Program-made: the position numbers and the translations under genes
Shown here: positions 39,482 through 49,499 of the stretch, piece by piece
Layout of the letters: each line of letters begins with the position of its first letter
Position numbering within the stretch: the first letter of the stretch is position 1
Source of the DNA: a virus
Taxonomy: Duplodnaviria; Caudoviricetes
IMG/VR virus record: IMGVR_UViG_2814123203_000002
Span: 36,831 to 100,830 of that record
Length of the DNA: 64,000 bases
Direction: 5' to 3' (one strand)
The notes under the pieces: model-generated
The model's input: only the letters and a program-made list of their open reading frames with translations
Databases searched by the model: none
Told to the model about the DNA's origin: nothing

Positions 39482-40537
39482 TTATTCACTAAATTTTTTA
39501 TTTAATGAATTCAACAACTTATTTTGTGTATCTCTATCTGAAGAATAGATTAACTGTAATAAATCTTCTTTTGACAATTTTTCGAAAACACTTAAATCAA
39601 TTTCCATTCCTACAAGAAGAGACGCCATGTTTGAATAATCATTTTGAAACTCCAGATAATAATTGTACGACGTTTCAAATGATGAATGGTTTCCTTGTTG
39701 AGCAGTGGCAGCAAAATCCTTATCGGTTAGTAGAAAAACTTCTTTCATAGAATATTTTTTTAATGAGTGAAAAGAAAGATTTCTTTTAGGATCAAGATTC
39801 ATTTGGTCATTTAGTTGTCCAATTGTTCTTTCTAAGGTTTTAGACGAAAAATGAAACAATTTATCATCAATTTTAGTAGCAAAAATTCTATTGAAAAATT
39901 CTTCGTGAATTGCTTTTTCATGAACTTTTCCTTTATCTATTGTTTTAACTACCCAAACTCCATCTTCTTTTCTAAAATCACTAAATTTAAGAGAAACAAT
40001 GGCAGAAATACGAAAAGCAGTTTTGCTGGCTAACTCAATTGCTAGAGACTTTTCAATTCCATTTGGCAAATCTTTTGCTAATTCAATCATTGTTTTAACT
40101 TCTTTGTCGGTGTATGATCCGTATGGTTCAGAGTCTGTAATTTTAATTGCAGGTAATTTAAAAATACTGGCAGTAATATGGTGTGATTTATTATTTTCAT
40201 CAATGTACTCAAGTTGATCTTCTTCAAAAAATTTGTATAAAGAACGAATTGAATCAATATATCTCTTTATTGATGCAGTAGCGTAGCCTTTTGCAAATAA
40301 AATGCTTCTATATTCAATAACATCAGACTTTTTTACAGATGCAATATCTTTAATGGACAGTTGACTAATGTCTTTGTTTATTATTGTTTTAAAAAAACGA
40401 ACAATATCTCCTTCGTAGCTATATGAAGTTTTACTGTTTCTTCTATTTGGTCCATCGTTAAATTGATCCAAAAAAAGTCTAATCAAATCAGGTACTGATT
40501 TAGTTCCTAATGCAACTACATTATTAGCGATTGCCAT
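39482..40537 (-). CDS. tyrosine recombinase/integrase family protein (SPbeta YopP-like)
   Basis: TAFRISAI, LSFHSLKK, GNHSSFETSYNYY. Confidence 0.85.
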   Translation of the reverse strand: MAIANNVVALGTKSVPDLIRLFLDQFNDGPNRRNSKTSYSYEGDIVRFFKTIINKDISQLSIKDIASVKKSDVIEYRSILFAKGYATASIKRYIDSIRSLYKFFEEDQLEYIDENNKSHHITASIFKLPAIKITDSEPYGSYTDKEVKTMIELAKDLPNGIEKSLAIELASKTAFRISAIVSLKFSDFRKEDGVWVVKTIDKGKVHEKAIHEEFFNRIFATKIDDKLFHFSSKTLERTIGQLNDQMNLDPKRNLSFHSLKKYSMKEVFLLTDKDFAATAQQGNHSSFETSYNYYLEFQNDYSNMASLLVGMEIDLSVFEKLSKEDLLQLIYSSDRDTQNKLLNSLNKKFSE

Positions 40538-40644
40538 TTATTCTTACCTCCATGTCTGATAACTATTTTGATTATACGACATTGGTAGTTATTGGTCAAG
40601 TTATATTTCACATTAGTCGGCTTTCAAAAACATTTAAAAACCCA

Positions 40645-40673
40645 TTGACATGTGTTAAATATAATAATATAAT
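40645..40673 (+). promoter_or_regulatory. sigma-A promoter
   Basis: TTGACA-N17-TATAAT. Confidence 0.75.
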
Positions 40674-40694
40674 ATCAAAAAAAGTGGTGATGAA

Positions 40695-42896
40695 TTGAGT
40701 AATATAATAGAAGTTGAAATCAAAGTTGAACAAATTATTGTTTACAAAGAGGAAAGTTCTTGGGGATTATATGGATGTATCCCAGTAAAATCAGACGACA
40801 CCAATATAAAATTAAATAAATATGGAAACATGGCAGTAAATGGTGTGTCTCACAAATTAGAAAAAGATTGCATCTATCAGATAACGGCAGAGGAAGTAAT
40901 TGATCCAAAGTATGGACCGCAATACAAGATTATTAGAGTTAAACAAGACATTCCAACAACTCCAGAACGTCAAAAAGAGTTTTTAAGGGCACTTACAACA
41001 GAGTTGCAACATAAGGCAATTTATGATGTTTACGAAGGGTGTGATGTCATAAGTTTAATAAAAACTGATCAATTTGATTACAAGAAAGTGAAATCTTTTG
41101 GGGAACATAATTATCAAATATTAAAAAGAAAAGTACTTCAAAATCTTGAACTTCAAGAACTAATAAATGATTTTCCAGAAACTTTGAATTTTAATATACT
41201 TAGATCACTTCTTGCTAAGTATTCATCTGCAAAAATTCTAGGTGAAAAATTAAGAGAAAATCCTTATATCATTACAGAAGTAAGAGGGGTAGGTTTTAAA
41301 AAAGCTGATGAAATAGCTTTAGCTTTAGGAATTGCAACAGATTCTCCTGAAAGGCTTACAGCTGGAATTCTTTATGTTCTTTATGAAAATGAAAATAACG
41401 GTGATACTTATATTACTGAAAAAAAGTTATTAAGTAAAGCATTTGAATTATTGAAAGTGAAAAAAACTAAAATACTTTCTGCTTTGGAAAATGTACCGAA
41501 CGTTATTAATTTAAATGCAAGGTATGCCTTAGAAACAACTTACAATAAGGAAATACAAATTGCAGAAAAATTAATAGAAATTGAAGAAAATTCAAAAAAA
41601 CTTGACATTGATATTGAAAAGTTCTTAGAAGAAGAACAAAAACAGATGAATATAAAACTTACAGAAAGACAAAAGAAATTCTTTTATGAGTTTGCAGAAC
41701 ATAATATTACCTTATTAATTGGTTTTGCAGGATGTGGCAAAACAATGATTCAAAAACTTGTTAATAAGCTAATTGAAAAGGTACACTTAACATCGAAGCA
41801 AATGGCTCCTACAGGAAAGGCTGCGAAAGTCATGGAAAAATATACAGGAAAGGAGTCTTCTACATTTCATAGATCTTTACCAATACATTTAGACGAGGAT
41901 ATGTATAGAAATTCAATTATTACGGATAATGTTATTTTAGTAGATGAATCATCGATGTGTGGAATTGATATAATAAACAAATTACTAAAAGCAGTAAGAA
42001 ATGATGTGAGGATAGTATTTGTAGGTGATTCATTTCAACTCCCATCTGTAGATTGCGGTAATTTTTTACATGACATTATAAGAAGTGGAGTATTCTCAGT
42101 AACAATGCTTGATCAGGTCTTTAGACAGGATGAGGGTGGTATACTGGATATAGTAACAAGAGTTCGAAACGGTTTAGAGTTTATAGATAATGATTTTGTT
42201 GGAGTTAAAAAATATGGTGATAATTGTTATTTAGTTGCATGTCCTCAAGAAGAAATGGAAAGAAAGTACTTTAGATATTTCAAGAAAATTATTAAAAAAT
42301 ATAGTCCAGATGATATAATGACTCTTACACCAACAAAAAAAGGGAATCTTGGTACACATAAGGTGAATAATAAGATTCAAAGTTATTTAAATAGAAAAAC
42401 AAACGAAGAAGAAATAAATGTAAAATTTGATAATGTAGAAGTTTCATTTAGAAAACATGATTTAGTTATTAATGTTAAAAATTCATATAATGTATGTACT
42501 TTAGACAATGAAAAAATAAATATAATGAATGGTGATATAGGCATAATCACATCAGTTAATAAAAAAGAAAATAATCTAATCATTAATTTTGATGGAAAAA
42601 ATGTAATTTTTAAAGGTGAGAATATTAGAAACATCAGACATTCTTATTGCTTAACAATGCATAAGTCTCAAGGAAGTTCAGCGAAAAGTGTTCTTTCTAT
42701 TACGGATAAATCGCATACCTATCAGCTTAATGCAAATTTATTATATACTGCATGGAGTAGATCTGAAGAATTATTAGTAATAATGTGCCAACCAAAAGTA
42801 ATAAATAGAGCTATTAAAAAGGTGGAAAATATGAGAAGATGTACAATGCTTCAAGAAATATTGATACAAAAAAAGAACAATCTAGAAAAAACTTGA
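40695..42896 (+). CDS. recD2: RecD2-like SF1B helicase
   Basis: ENPY...GVGFKKADEIA, GFAGCGKT, APTGKAA, VDESSM, VGDSFQLPSV, MHKSQGS. Confidence 0.93.
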   Translation: MSNIIEVEIKVEQIIVYKEESSWGLYGCIPVKSDDTNIKLNKYGNMAVNGVSHKLEKDCIYQITAEEVIDPKYGPQYKIIRVKQDIPTTPERQKEFLRALTTELQHKAIYDVYEGCDVISLIKTDQFDYKKVKSFGEHNYQILKRKVLQNLELQELINDFPETLNFNILRSLLAKYSSAKILGEKLRENPYIITEVRGVGFKKADEIALALGIATDSPERLTAGILYVLYENENNGDTYITEKKLLSKAFELLKVKKTKILSALENVPNVINLNARYALETTYNKEIQIAEKLIEIEENSKKLDIDIEKFLEEEQKQMNIKLTERQKKFFYEFAEHNITLLIGFAGCGKTMIQKLVNKLIEKVHLTSKQMAPTGKAAKVMEKYTGKESSTFHRSLPIHLDEDMYRNSIITDNVILVDESSMCGIDIINKLLKAVRNDVRIVFVGDSFQLPSVDCGNFLHDIIRSGVFSVTMLDQVFRQDEGGILDIVTRVRNGLEFIDNDFVGVKKYGDNCYLVACPQEEMERKYFRYFKKIIKKYSPDDIMTLTPTKKGNLGTHKVNNKIQSYLNRKTNEEEINVKFDNVEVSFRKHDLVINVKNSYNVCTLDNEKINIMNGDIGIITSVNKKENNLIINFDGKNVIFKGENIRNIRHSYCLTMHKSQGSSAKSVLSITDKSHTYQLNANLLYTAWSRSEELLVIMCQPKVINRAIKKVENMRRCTMLQEILIQKKNNLEKT

Positions 42897-42921
42897 CAAA
42901 TATAAAATATAATGATATAAT
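42893..42921 (+). promoter_or_regulatory. sigma-A promoter (extended -10)
   Basis: TTGACA-N17-TATAAT with TG. Confidence 0.75.
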
Positions 42922-43041
42922 ACGGACAATGAATGAGGATAGCATATAATTATCTTATTTTACAAGGATTAAGCTAAATGTTGATGTTGCTTAAATAACA
43001 TTCAAAAAAGGAGTATAATTCAATGGTAAGAGGTTGACAGG

Positions 43042-43254
43042 ATGAAATTTACAAAACCAAATGGCGAAGTAATCAATCTTGACACTGATATTCCATACGA
43101 TAGTAAACTAGAAATAACGAATAAGATATTAGACGAGTATAACAATTACTTTACAACATATAAAAACTCAGTAACAAAATCTTGCTTAAGAATACTTTCA
43201 AACTACCTATGTAGCGAGAAAGGTAAATCGAAAGCAGGTGAAAAAAGTGAATGA
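43042..43254 (+). CDS. phage hypothetical protein
   Basis: 70 aa, GAGG RBS. Confidence 0.65.
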   Translation: MKFTKPNGEVINLDTDIPYDSKLEITNKILDEYNNYFTTYKNSVTKSCLRILSNYLCSEKGKSKAGEKSE

Positions 43255-43537
43255 TGATATGAATATAATGGATTTACTATCTGAATCAGTGGAAAGTGGA
43301 TATTCAATAGTTGATACAGAGAATAGGTTTGTATTTAAAGATGTAGAGTATATGATAGATGAAGAATTGATTGACTACAAAGTATTCAATAAACCAAGAA
43401 TGATTTCAGATGAATATAATTATTGGACAAATGATTCATTAATGGATTCAGTTTATTGTATTGACTCAGGTGAGGAAATAAGATTTTTTAATGAAAGATT
43501 AGTAGAAATAACAGAAAAAATTAAAATTCTGTTATAA
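43238..43537 (+). CDS. acidic phage hypothetical protein
   Basis: 99-aa ORF. Confidence 0.65.
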   Translation: MKKVNDDMNIMDLLSESVESGYSIVDTENRFVFKDVEYMIDEELIDYKVFNKPRMISDEYNYWTNDSLMDSVYCIDSGEEIRFFNERLVEITEKIKILL

Positions 43538-43575
43538 ATATAAAATATAATAAAGATTAAAAGGAGAATAAATTA

Positions 43576-43860
43576 ATGGCTATTTTAACAAAAGATGAAC
43601 TGGTGAATATGGTTAAGGAGGTAAAAGGTGGTACAAAAGCAGATGCAAAAGAAAGTTTGGAAGCTGTAGTTAAAGCTATTGAGACTGCACTAGAAAATGG
43701 TAATAAGGTTCGTATATCGGGTTTTGGCAACTTTGAGGTTCGAGAGCGTTCTGCACGCACAGGGCGTAATCCTCAAACTGGCGAAGAAATGGAGATTCCA
43801 GAACAAAAAACACCAGCATTTAAAGCAAGTGTAAAGCTAAAAGAAAAAGTACGTGTTTAA
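43576..43860 (+). CDS. hup: HU DNA-binding protein (YonN-like)
   Basis: GFGNFEVRERSARTGRNPQTGEEMEIP...PAFKAS. Confidence 0.96.
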   Translation: MAILTKDELVNMVKEVKGGTKADAKESLEAVVKAIETALENGNKVRISGFGNFEVRERSARTGRNPQTGEEMEIPEQKTPAFKASVKLKEKVRV

Positions 43861-44029
43861 AAATATATAAAAATCGTGCAGGACATTGAAATTTATTCTT
43901 TGTTCTGCACGAAGACATATAGGACTGAAAAACTTGAAGGCGAGAGGAGGACTCCAAATCCACAGTTGAGGGGTTATTCAGTTTTACACTTTTACTTATA
44001 TTAGTTGTTTCTGAAGAAGTAAATGCTTT

Positions 44030-44089
44030 CAGAACGTAACTCAGTTTGTTGGATGCAAGGGATCGCAAGTTCGAGTATTACCTTTCTGA
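44030..44089 (+). pseudogene. degenerate tRNA (Pro-like) remnant
   Basis: CAGAACG TAACTCAGTTTG...TTGG...GTTCGAGT...TTCTGA; part of the D arm and anticodon stem is missing. Confidence 0.5.
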
Positions 44090-44164
44090 TCTGATATGGG
44101 GAGGTTGCCGAACGTTAAGACAAGATTTGCTAAGGAAATGAAGGAATTCCTTTTGCCTTACTGT

Positions 44165-44235
44165 GGGTCTGTAGCTGGAAGGTCAAGCAAGCCGCTCATA
44201 ACGGCTAGATGTGGGTTCGATTCCCTCCAGACCCA
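44165..44235 (+). tRNA. tRNA with CAT anticodon (Ile2-like or elongator Met)
   Basis: Acceptor GGGTCTG/CAGACCC-A; anticodon arm AGCCG-CTCATAA-CGGCT; TTCGA T-loop; G1-C72 paired, so not initiator; CCA not encoded. Confidence 0.9.
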
Positions 44236-44250
44236 TTGTTGATTATTGCT

Positions 44251-44350
44251 AATCTGTGTGAATCATGATATATTGAGTTAAAAGATGCTTAACATATGCA
44301 AATCTGTGTGAATCTGTGTGAATACTTGTAAATACGTGTGAATATGTAAG
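44251..44350. repeat. 10-bp repeats upstream of the TA operon
   Basis: AATCTGTGTG at 44251, 44301 and 44311, then three degenerate in-phase units. Confidence 0.65.
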
Positions 44351-44444
44351 TATGTTTTTAAATGCTTTGAGTACACTATTACTAAGAAACAGTTCTTAGG
44401 AGGTGTGCATAATGACAAAAGAAAAGAAGGGCGGAGGCGATAAT

Positions 44445-44615
44445 ATGGCTACCGCATTTGCTGATTTTATACGAGAAAACCGTAAACTAATTGAGGAATT
44501 AGCAGATAAAGATGTGAAGAAAACAAAAGATGGAATGATCTTGCTTCCAACTACTGATGAGTGGTATCATGAAGAAGAGTGGGAAGATTATTTAAAGGAT
44601 CAGGGTGAAAAATGA
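44445..44615 (+). CDS. probable antitoxin
   Basis: 56 aa, acidic C-terminus (DEWYHEEEWED), ATGA overlap with the toxin. Confidence 0.7.
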   Translation: MATAFADFIRENRKLIEELADKDVKKTKDGMILLPTTDEWYHEEEWEDYLKDQGEK

Positions 44616-44953
44616 TAATATCTGCTGGAGAAGTGTGGCTGGCTTATTTTCAATTTGATGATGACCGGACTAAAGGAAAAGTTAGGCCAGTTATAGTATT
44701 AGATACGACCGATGTTGTGAGAATACTTTGCATGAAAGTTACAACGCACCCACCAAGGGATGAATATGATCATCAAATTATGGAATGGGTTAAGGCCAAT
44801 CTTAGAAAGCCTTCTACAGCAAGAGCATCTAAAGTCCTAAATATTGAAAAAAGATATTTTCAACATAAAATAGGGAAACTGGAAGATAATGATTTTAACA
44901 TTGCAGTAAATCTCTTCATTAAATTTGTTCAAGATCACAAAGAGACTAATTAG
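44612..44953 (+). CDS. PemK/MazF-family toxin
   Basis: GEVWLAYF.FDD..KGKVRPVIVL...KVTT...ANLRKPSTAR...IGKL. Confidence 0.9.
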   Translation: MIISAGEVWLAYFQFDDDRTKGKVRPVIVLDTTDVVRILCMKVTTHPPRDEYDHQIMEWVKANLRKPSTARASKVLNIEKRYFQHKIGKLEDNDFNIAVNLFIKFVQDHKETN

Positions 44954-45053
44954 TCTCTTAATAGTTTTAATTAAATATATAATATAATTAAACTCTATTG
45001 ATTTGCAATAGGGTTTTTTGATATTAAATAATTTTGGATAAAAGGTGATAAGT

Positions 45054-45272
45054 ATGGCTAAAAGAGTACACAGTATCTCATTTAACGGTTTTCTACACGA
45101 GGATTATATTATAGAGGAGTTAGGAAAAAAAGATGATCCTAGCATGTTTTATTCTCTTAATGATGCATTGAATGAATTTGTTGGTAGAAAAATAAAAATT
45201 AAGATTGACGAAGAAGAAGTTGTTTCAGAAGTAGATGATGCACATGAATACTTAGAAAATGATGAGGAGTAA
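45054..45272 (+). CDS. yonK: YonK-family protein
   Basis: MAKRVHSISFNG...IIEE..KD....YSL...L.EF.GR.IKIKIDEE. Confidence 0.75.
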   Translation: MAKRVHSISFNGFLHEDYIIEELGKKDDPSMFYSLNDALNEFVGRKIKIKIDEEEVVSEVDDAHEYLENDEE

Positions 45273-45282
45273 TTAAAAACAT

Positions 45283-46554
45283 ATGTCTAATTACTCTTAT
45301 ACAAATAGCAAATCAGAAGTTGTTTATGTTTGTAAAAAGCATTTAGATACTGCTTTAAAATTAAAGATGGAACTTCAAAAAATATCTCCATCTTTAAGAT
45401 GTGACTGGAAAAAACATAAAAAACTAATGAATGAAGAAGGATTCGATAATAGTGATACCAACGAAAATTATAGATGTTTGGTTAAAAGGTATCAGAAAGA
45501 AAGTAGCGCTGTTAATTCTAATGGTCAGTATAAAAATTTGGTTCAAAATAATGAACTTGGAACAATCAATAAACTTCTTGGTGAAATATATTGTGAGAAA
45601 ATTGAAAATCAAAAAATTTTAAGAGAATTGAATAAATTAAAAAGAGATTTTGCAATGAATAAAGTTGTTATAAATGAAATTGTAAATGAATTTAAAAATA
45701 TAGATTTTACAAAATTTTCATATAATAAAATTAATGAAAATAAAAAAGAAGAAATAAAAAATAAAAACGAAGCTATTCTAGTTATTACAGATTGGCATAT
45801 TGGGTCAAAAATAGATAATGTAAAAGGAAATAAGTTTAATTATAGTATTGCTAAAAGAAGAGTTGCTGCATTGGCAAAAGAAGCTCTATACTATTGCAAA
45901 CTTTTTGATATAAAAAAACTTAATGTATGCAGTTTGGGAGACATGATCGAACATGCATATATGAGAAATTCAAATCAAGCATATGATGTAGAATTTAAGT
46001 TGGCACATCAGATCGTTAAAGCTACTGAATTAATTTATTGGCTTTTGACATATCTCTCAAAATATGTAGAAGTAGAATTTGAAGGTATTGCTGGAAACCA
46101 TGATCGTTCTAACGGTGATAAAAAAGCAAACATTGATGGAGATAATTTTATTGTAGTAGTCAATGAATCAATAAAAAAGTTAATTAAATTAACAAAATCA
46201 AAAACCCTTAAATTTATTAATAATAGTGCTTATATGAATGAAATAATTAAAGAACTTAATGGAAAAAAGATAAAATTGATTCATGGAGACGAAGAAACCA
46301 AAGATGATAATATAATTAAGGCACATATGTCTATGGACAACACAATTTATCATTGTATTGTAAAAGGACATTTGCATCGATTCAAGATTTTTGAAGAAAA
46401 TGACGGAAGATTAGTAGTTCAGGTAGGTAGTTTGTGTGGAAGAAATAACTTTTCAAAGAAATTTAAAGCCACATCAAATGCAGGACAAGCAATGATTATT
46501 GTGAGAGAAGATGGAGTGATACAGCCTTTACAAATTGATCTTCAAAGAGTATAA
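45283..46554 (+). CDS. calcineurin-like metallophosphoesterase (YonJ-like)
   Basis: DWHIG, LGDMIE, AGNHDR, IHGD, GHLH motifs. Confidence 0.88.
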   Translation: MSNYSYTNSKSEVVYVCKKHLDTALKLKMELQKISPSLRCDWKKHKKLMNEEGFDNSDTNENYRCLVKRYQKESSAVNSNGQYKNLVQNNELGTINKLLGEIYCEKIENQKILRELNKLKRDFAMNKVVINEIVNEFKNIDFTKFSYNKINENKKEEIKNKNEAILVITDWHIGSKIDNVKGNKFNYSIAKRRVAALAKEALYYCKLFDIKKLNVCSLGDMIEHAYMRNSNQAYDVEFKLAHQIVKATELIYWLLTYLSKYVEVEFEGIAGNHDRSNGDKKANIDGDNFIVVVNESIKKLIKLTKSKTLKFINNSAYMNEIIKELNGKKIKLIHGDEETKDDNIIKAHMSMDNTIYHCIVKGHLHRFKIFEENDGRLVVQVGSLCGRNNFSKKFKATSNAGQAMIIVREDGVIQPLQIDLQRV

Positions 46555-46568
46555 AAGGGGGTATTATA

Positions 46569-46793
46569 ATGAATGATTGTAAAATATGTAAGATATCAAG
46601 TTTGACACATTTTGATGCAAAAGATTCAGTAACAAAAACGTTTAAATGTTTAAAAGAAAGTAAAAATAGTGAATTGCAAATATTGGATGCTCTTTTTGAA
46701 CTTTATTCTAAAGGATATAGAGATGGAATAATTCAAAATATCGAAAATAGAATTAGTGAGGATAAGGAAACATTAAGATATTTGATGGGATGA
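46569..46793 (+). CDS. phage hypothetical protein
   Basis: 74 aa with RBS. Confidence 0.6.
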   Translation: MNDCKICKISSLTHFDAKDSVTKTFKCLKESKNSELQILDALFELYSKGYRDGIIQNIENRISEDKETLRYLMG

Positions 46794-46877
46794 TTAATAA
46801 AAAGAGTTCTTAACAGCGTCTACATTGAGTAGGCGTTGTATAAGGATTCTTTTTATAGAAAAATGTGGGGTGATAGA

Positions 46878-47768
46878 ATGGACAAAAAGAGAAATAAAAG
46901 TACAACAAAGACATGTATTAATTGCAAAAAAGAAAAAGTAGCAAAGCTTAATTATTATGAATCAAATAGTAAAATGTTTCTAGATGGGAAAGTTCCGATT
47001 TGTAAATTATGCATTAAAAAATTAGTTGATGAGAATGACATAAAATCAGTTCAAAATATGCTTAGACAAATAGATAAACCATTTATAGAACAAGTTTGGA
47101 TTAATGCAACGAAATCTAAAAATGAAACTTTTGGCATGTATTTGAGACAAATAAATTCACTGCCACAATACAGATACTTAACATATGACGATAGTGATGG
47201 TGGTGATAATATAAATAACCTAAGCAATAATTCACTAGATATTTACCAAGTATATAATTCTAATGAAGATGTATATGAAAAGCCAGATAAAAATATAGTT
47301 AAAAAATGGGGGACAGGATATTCAAATAAAGAATATTATGATTTAGAACAAGTATGGAATGATATGATAACTTCAAATGATATATCAACACCACAACATA
47401 GAAATCAATTAGAATTATATTGCAAATTGAAAGTATTAGTAAACAGAGCTTTAGAAAATAATGATACAAAAACTTTTGCTACACTTAACAAGGAGTTTAG
47501 TGAAATTCAAAAAAATTCAGGATTTAGAGGAATTGATAGAAAATCAAGTAGTGAAAGCGCAGGAATAAGGAATTTCTCTACTATTTATTCTGAAGTTGAG
47601 AAAGATGGGTTTATTAAGCCTCCTAGTCTAGATGTACCTCAAGATGTTGTGGATGAAACAATACTATTCATGCAAAACTATACAAGAAATTTGCTGGATC
47701 TTGGTAAGTTATCTAGACCAGATGGAAACACACCAAAAGTGGACGACTATAACACTGGTGATATTTAA
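46878..47768 (+). CDS. YonG-like protein (possible terminase small subunit)
   Basis: CxxC...PICKLC, LRQIDKPF, KKWG.GY; directly before terminase; likely start MDKKRN. Confidence 0.65.
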   Translation: MDKKRNKSTTKTCINCKKEKVAKLNYYESNSKMFLDGKVPICKLCIKKLVDENDIKSVQNMLRQIDKPFIEQVWINATKSKNETFGMYLRQINSLPQYRYLTYDDSDGGDNINNLSNNSLDIYQVYNSNEDVYEKPDKNIVKKWGTGYSNKEYYDLEQVWNDMITSNDISTPQHRNQLELYCKLKVLVNRALENNDTKTFATLNKEFSEIQKNSGFRGIDRKSSSESAGIRNFSTIYSEVEKDGFIKPPSLDVPQDVVDETILFMQNYTRNLLDLGKLSRPDGNTPKVDDYNTGDI

Positions 47769-49495
47769 TGACAACATATAATAATTATAAAAGACCTAAA
47801 AATGAAGTAATAGATATAAGAAAGAACACAGTTATAAAATCTTTCGAAGAAATGAAGGATGATTGGAGAAAGTATTGTGGATATTGGAGAGTATATCCAG
47901 ATAAATTTATTGATTTTATAAAACCTCCTGACTGTAAGATAGATCTTTTCTTTTATCAAAGATTAATGTTAAGAATTCTGTTTAGATATAGAAAGGTGTA
48001 TTTTACTTTTACACGAGGAACTTCAAAATCGTTCATAGAGTTATTGGGCTTGAAACTTAAATGTATAATGTACCCTGGGATCAAGGTTTTTATTTGTGCT
48101 CCTAGGAAAAAGCAGGCTGCTGATATTGCAAAAGAAAATATTGAAAAAATATGGGAGTTCTTCCCTCTTCTGCACGGAGAAGTAAAAGAACATTGGTTTC
48201 AAAATGATTATACAAGATTAAAATTTTGGAATGGTTCAGTTCTCGATGTTGTTCAAGTATCTGATTCAGCCCGTGGCGGTCGAAGAAATGGCGGTTCAAT
48301 AGAAGAAATTGTTGATGAAAAAATGAAAAAAGATGATCTTCATTCTGTTGTTATTCCTTTAATGGCAAATGATAGAATTGCTGAATGTAAAGGAGTAGAT
48401 CCTAATGAAATACATAAATTTGAATGGTACATAACTACAGCTGGTACGAAACAATCTTTTGCATATGAAAAAATGAGAGAAGTTCTTTATGAAATGGCTC
48501 AGGGAAAATCATCATTCAATATCGGTGCTGGGTATGATCTAGCTTGTTCTCAAGGATTATTAAGTTATGATTTCATCAATGAACTAAAAGAACTTCCAAC
48601 TTTTAATCCGTTATCTTTTGCAAGAGAGTACGAAAGTGTATGGACTGGAACAAGTGATAATTCTCTGGTTAAAATCGATGATGTAAACCAAATAAGGGTT
48701 TTAAAAAATGCAGAAGAAAAATATTGCAATGATAAAAATGTAGAATATATTTTGTCTTATGATGTTGCACGTTCTGAAGGTTCTCAAAATGCTAATTGTG
48801 CTTTATGTGTAATAAAAATTATACCTCGTGGAGATGGGACTTATCAGAAGCATTTGGTAAATATATATAGCTTTGAAGGAACGCATTTTATGGAGCAAGC
48901 AAAATTTATTAAGTCAAAAGTAAATGATTTTAAGGCAAGTGTAGTCGTAATTGATTCGAATGGTGCTGGTAAAGGATTGGTGGACATACTTGTAACAGAA
49001 TGTGATGAGAACCCACCTTATTCAGTAGTAAATGATGATAGGTACGATAAGTATAAAGCAGCGAATAGCATTCCTATGATATATGCATTAAGTTCTAATA
49101 CAAAAGAAGACAAAGCAAGTGATATACATAATATATTTATTAATTATATTAATAATAAAGGAGTAAAAATATTACATAGTGAGTCTCAAGCAAGAGCTTT
49201 TATTGATAAGAAATATAAAGATTCGGAAGCAAAAGCTAATGCTTTAATGCCATTTATTATGACAGATTTGCTTTGTGAGGAAATCATGAATTTGGAATAT
49301 AAGCAATCTGGAAATCAAACTCAAGTAAAACAAATATCTCGAAGTATTAATAAAGACAAATTTTCTGCGTTGGAATATGGATTGTACTATATATACAAAT
49401 TAGAAAGAAAAAATGCAAAGAGAAGAAGAGAGTCTATTGATATTTCAAATTTCTTTTTAGTTAAGCAAGCAAGTTCGAAATATAAGAGGTGGTAA
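47768..49495 (+). CDS. terminase large subunit (YonF-like)
   Basis: TRGTSKSF Walker A, RGGRR, SYDVAR, IDSNGAG, KDKFSALEY. Confidence 0.93.
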   Translation: MTTYNNYKRPKNEVIDIRKNTVIKSFEEMKDDWRKYCGYWRVYPDKFIDFIKPPDCKIDLFFYQRLMLRILFRYRKVYFTFTRGTSKSFIELLGLKLKCIMYPGIKVFICAPRKKQAADIAKENIEKIWEFFPLLHGEVKEHWFQNDYTRLKFWNGSVLDVVQVSDSARGGRRNGGSIEEIVDEKMKKDDLHSVVIPLMANDRIAECKGVDPNEIHKFEWYITTAGTKQSFAYEKMREVLYEMAQGKSSFNIGAGYDLACSQGLLSYDFINELKELPTFNPLSFAREYESVWTGTSDNSLVKIDDVNQIRVLKNAEEKYCNDKNVEYILSYDVARSEGSQNANCALCVIKIIPRGDGTYQKHLVNIYSFEGTHFMEQAKFIKSKVNDFKASVVVIDSNGAGKGLVDILVTECDENPPYSVVNDDRYDKYKAANSIPMIYALSSNTKEDKASDIHNIFINYINNKGVKILHSESQARAFIDKKYKDSEAKANALMPFIMTDLLCEEIMNLEYKQSGNQTQVKQISRSINKDKFSALEYGLYYIYKLERKNAKRRRESIDISNFFLVKQASSKYKRW

Positions 49496-49499
49496 TTAA

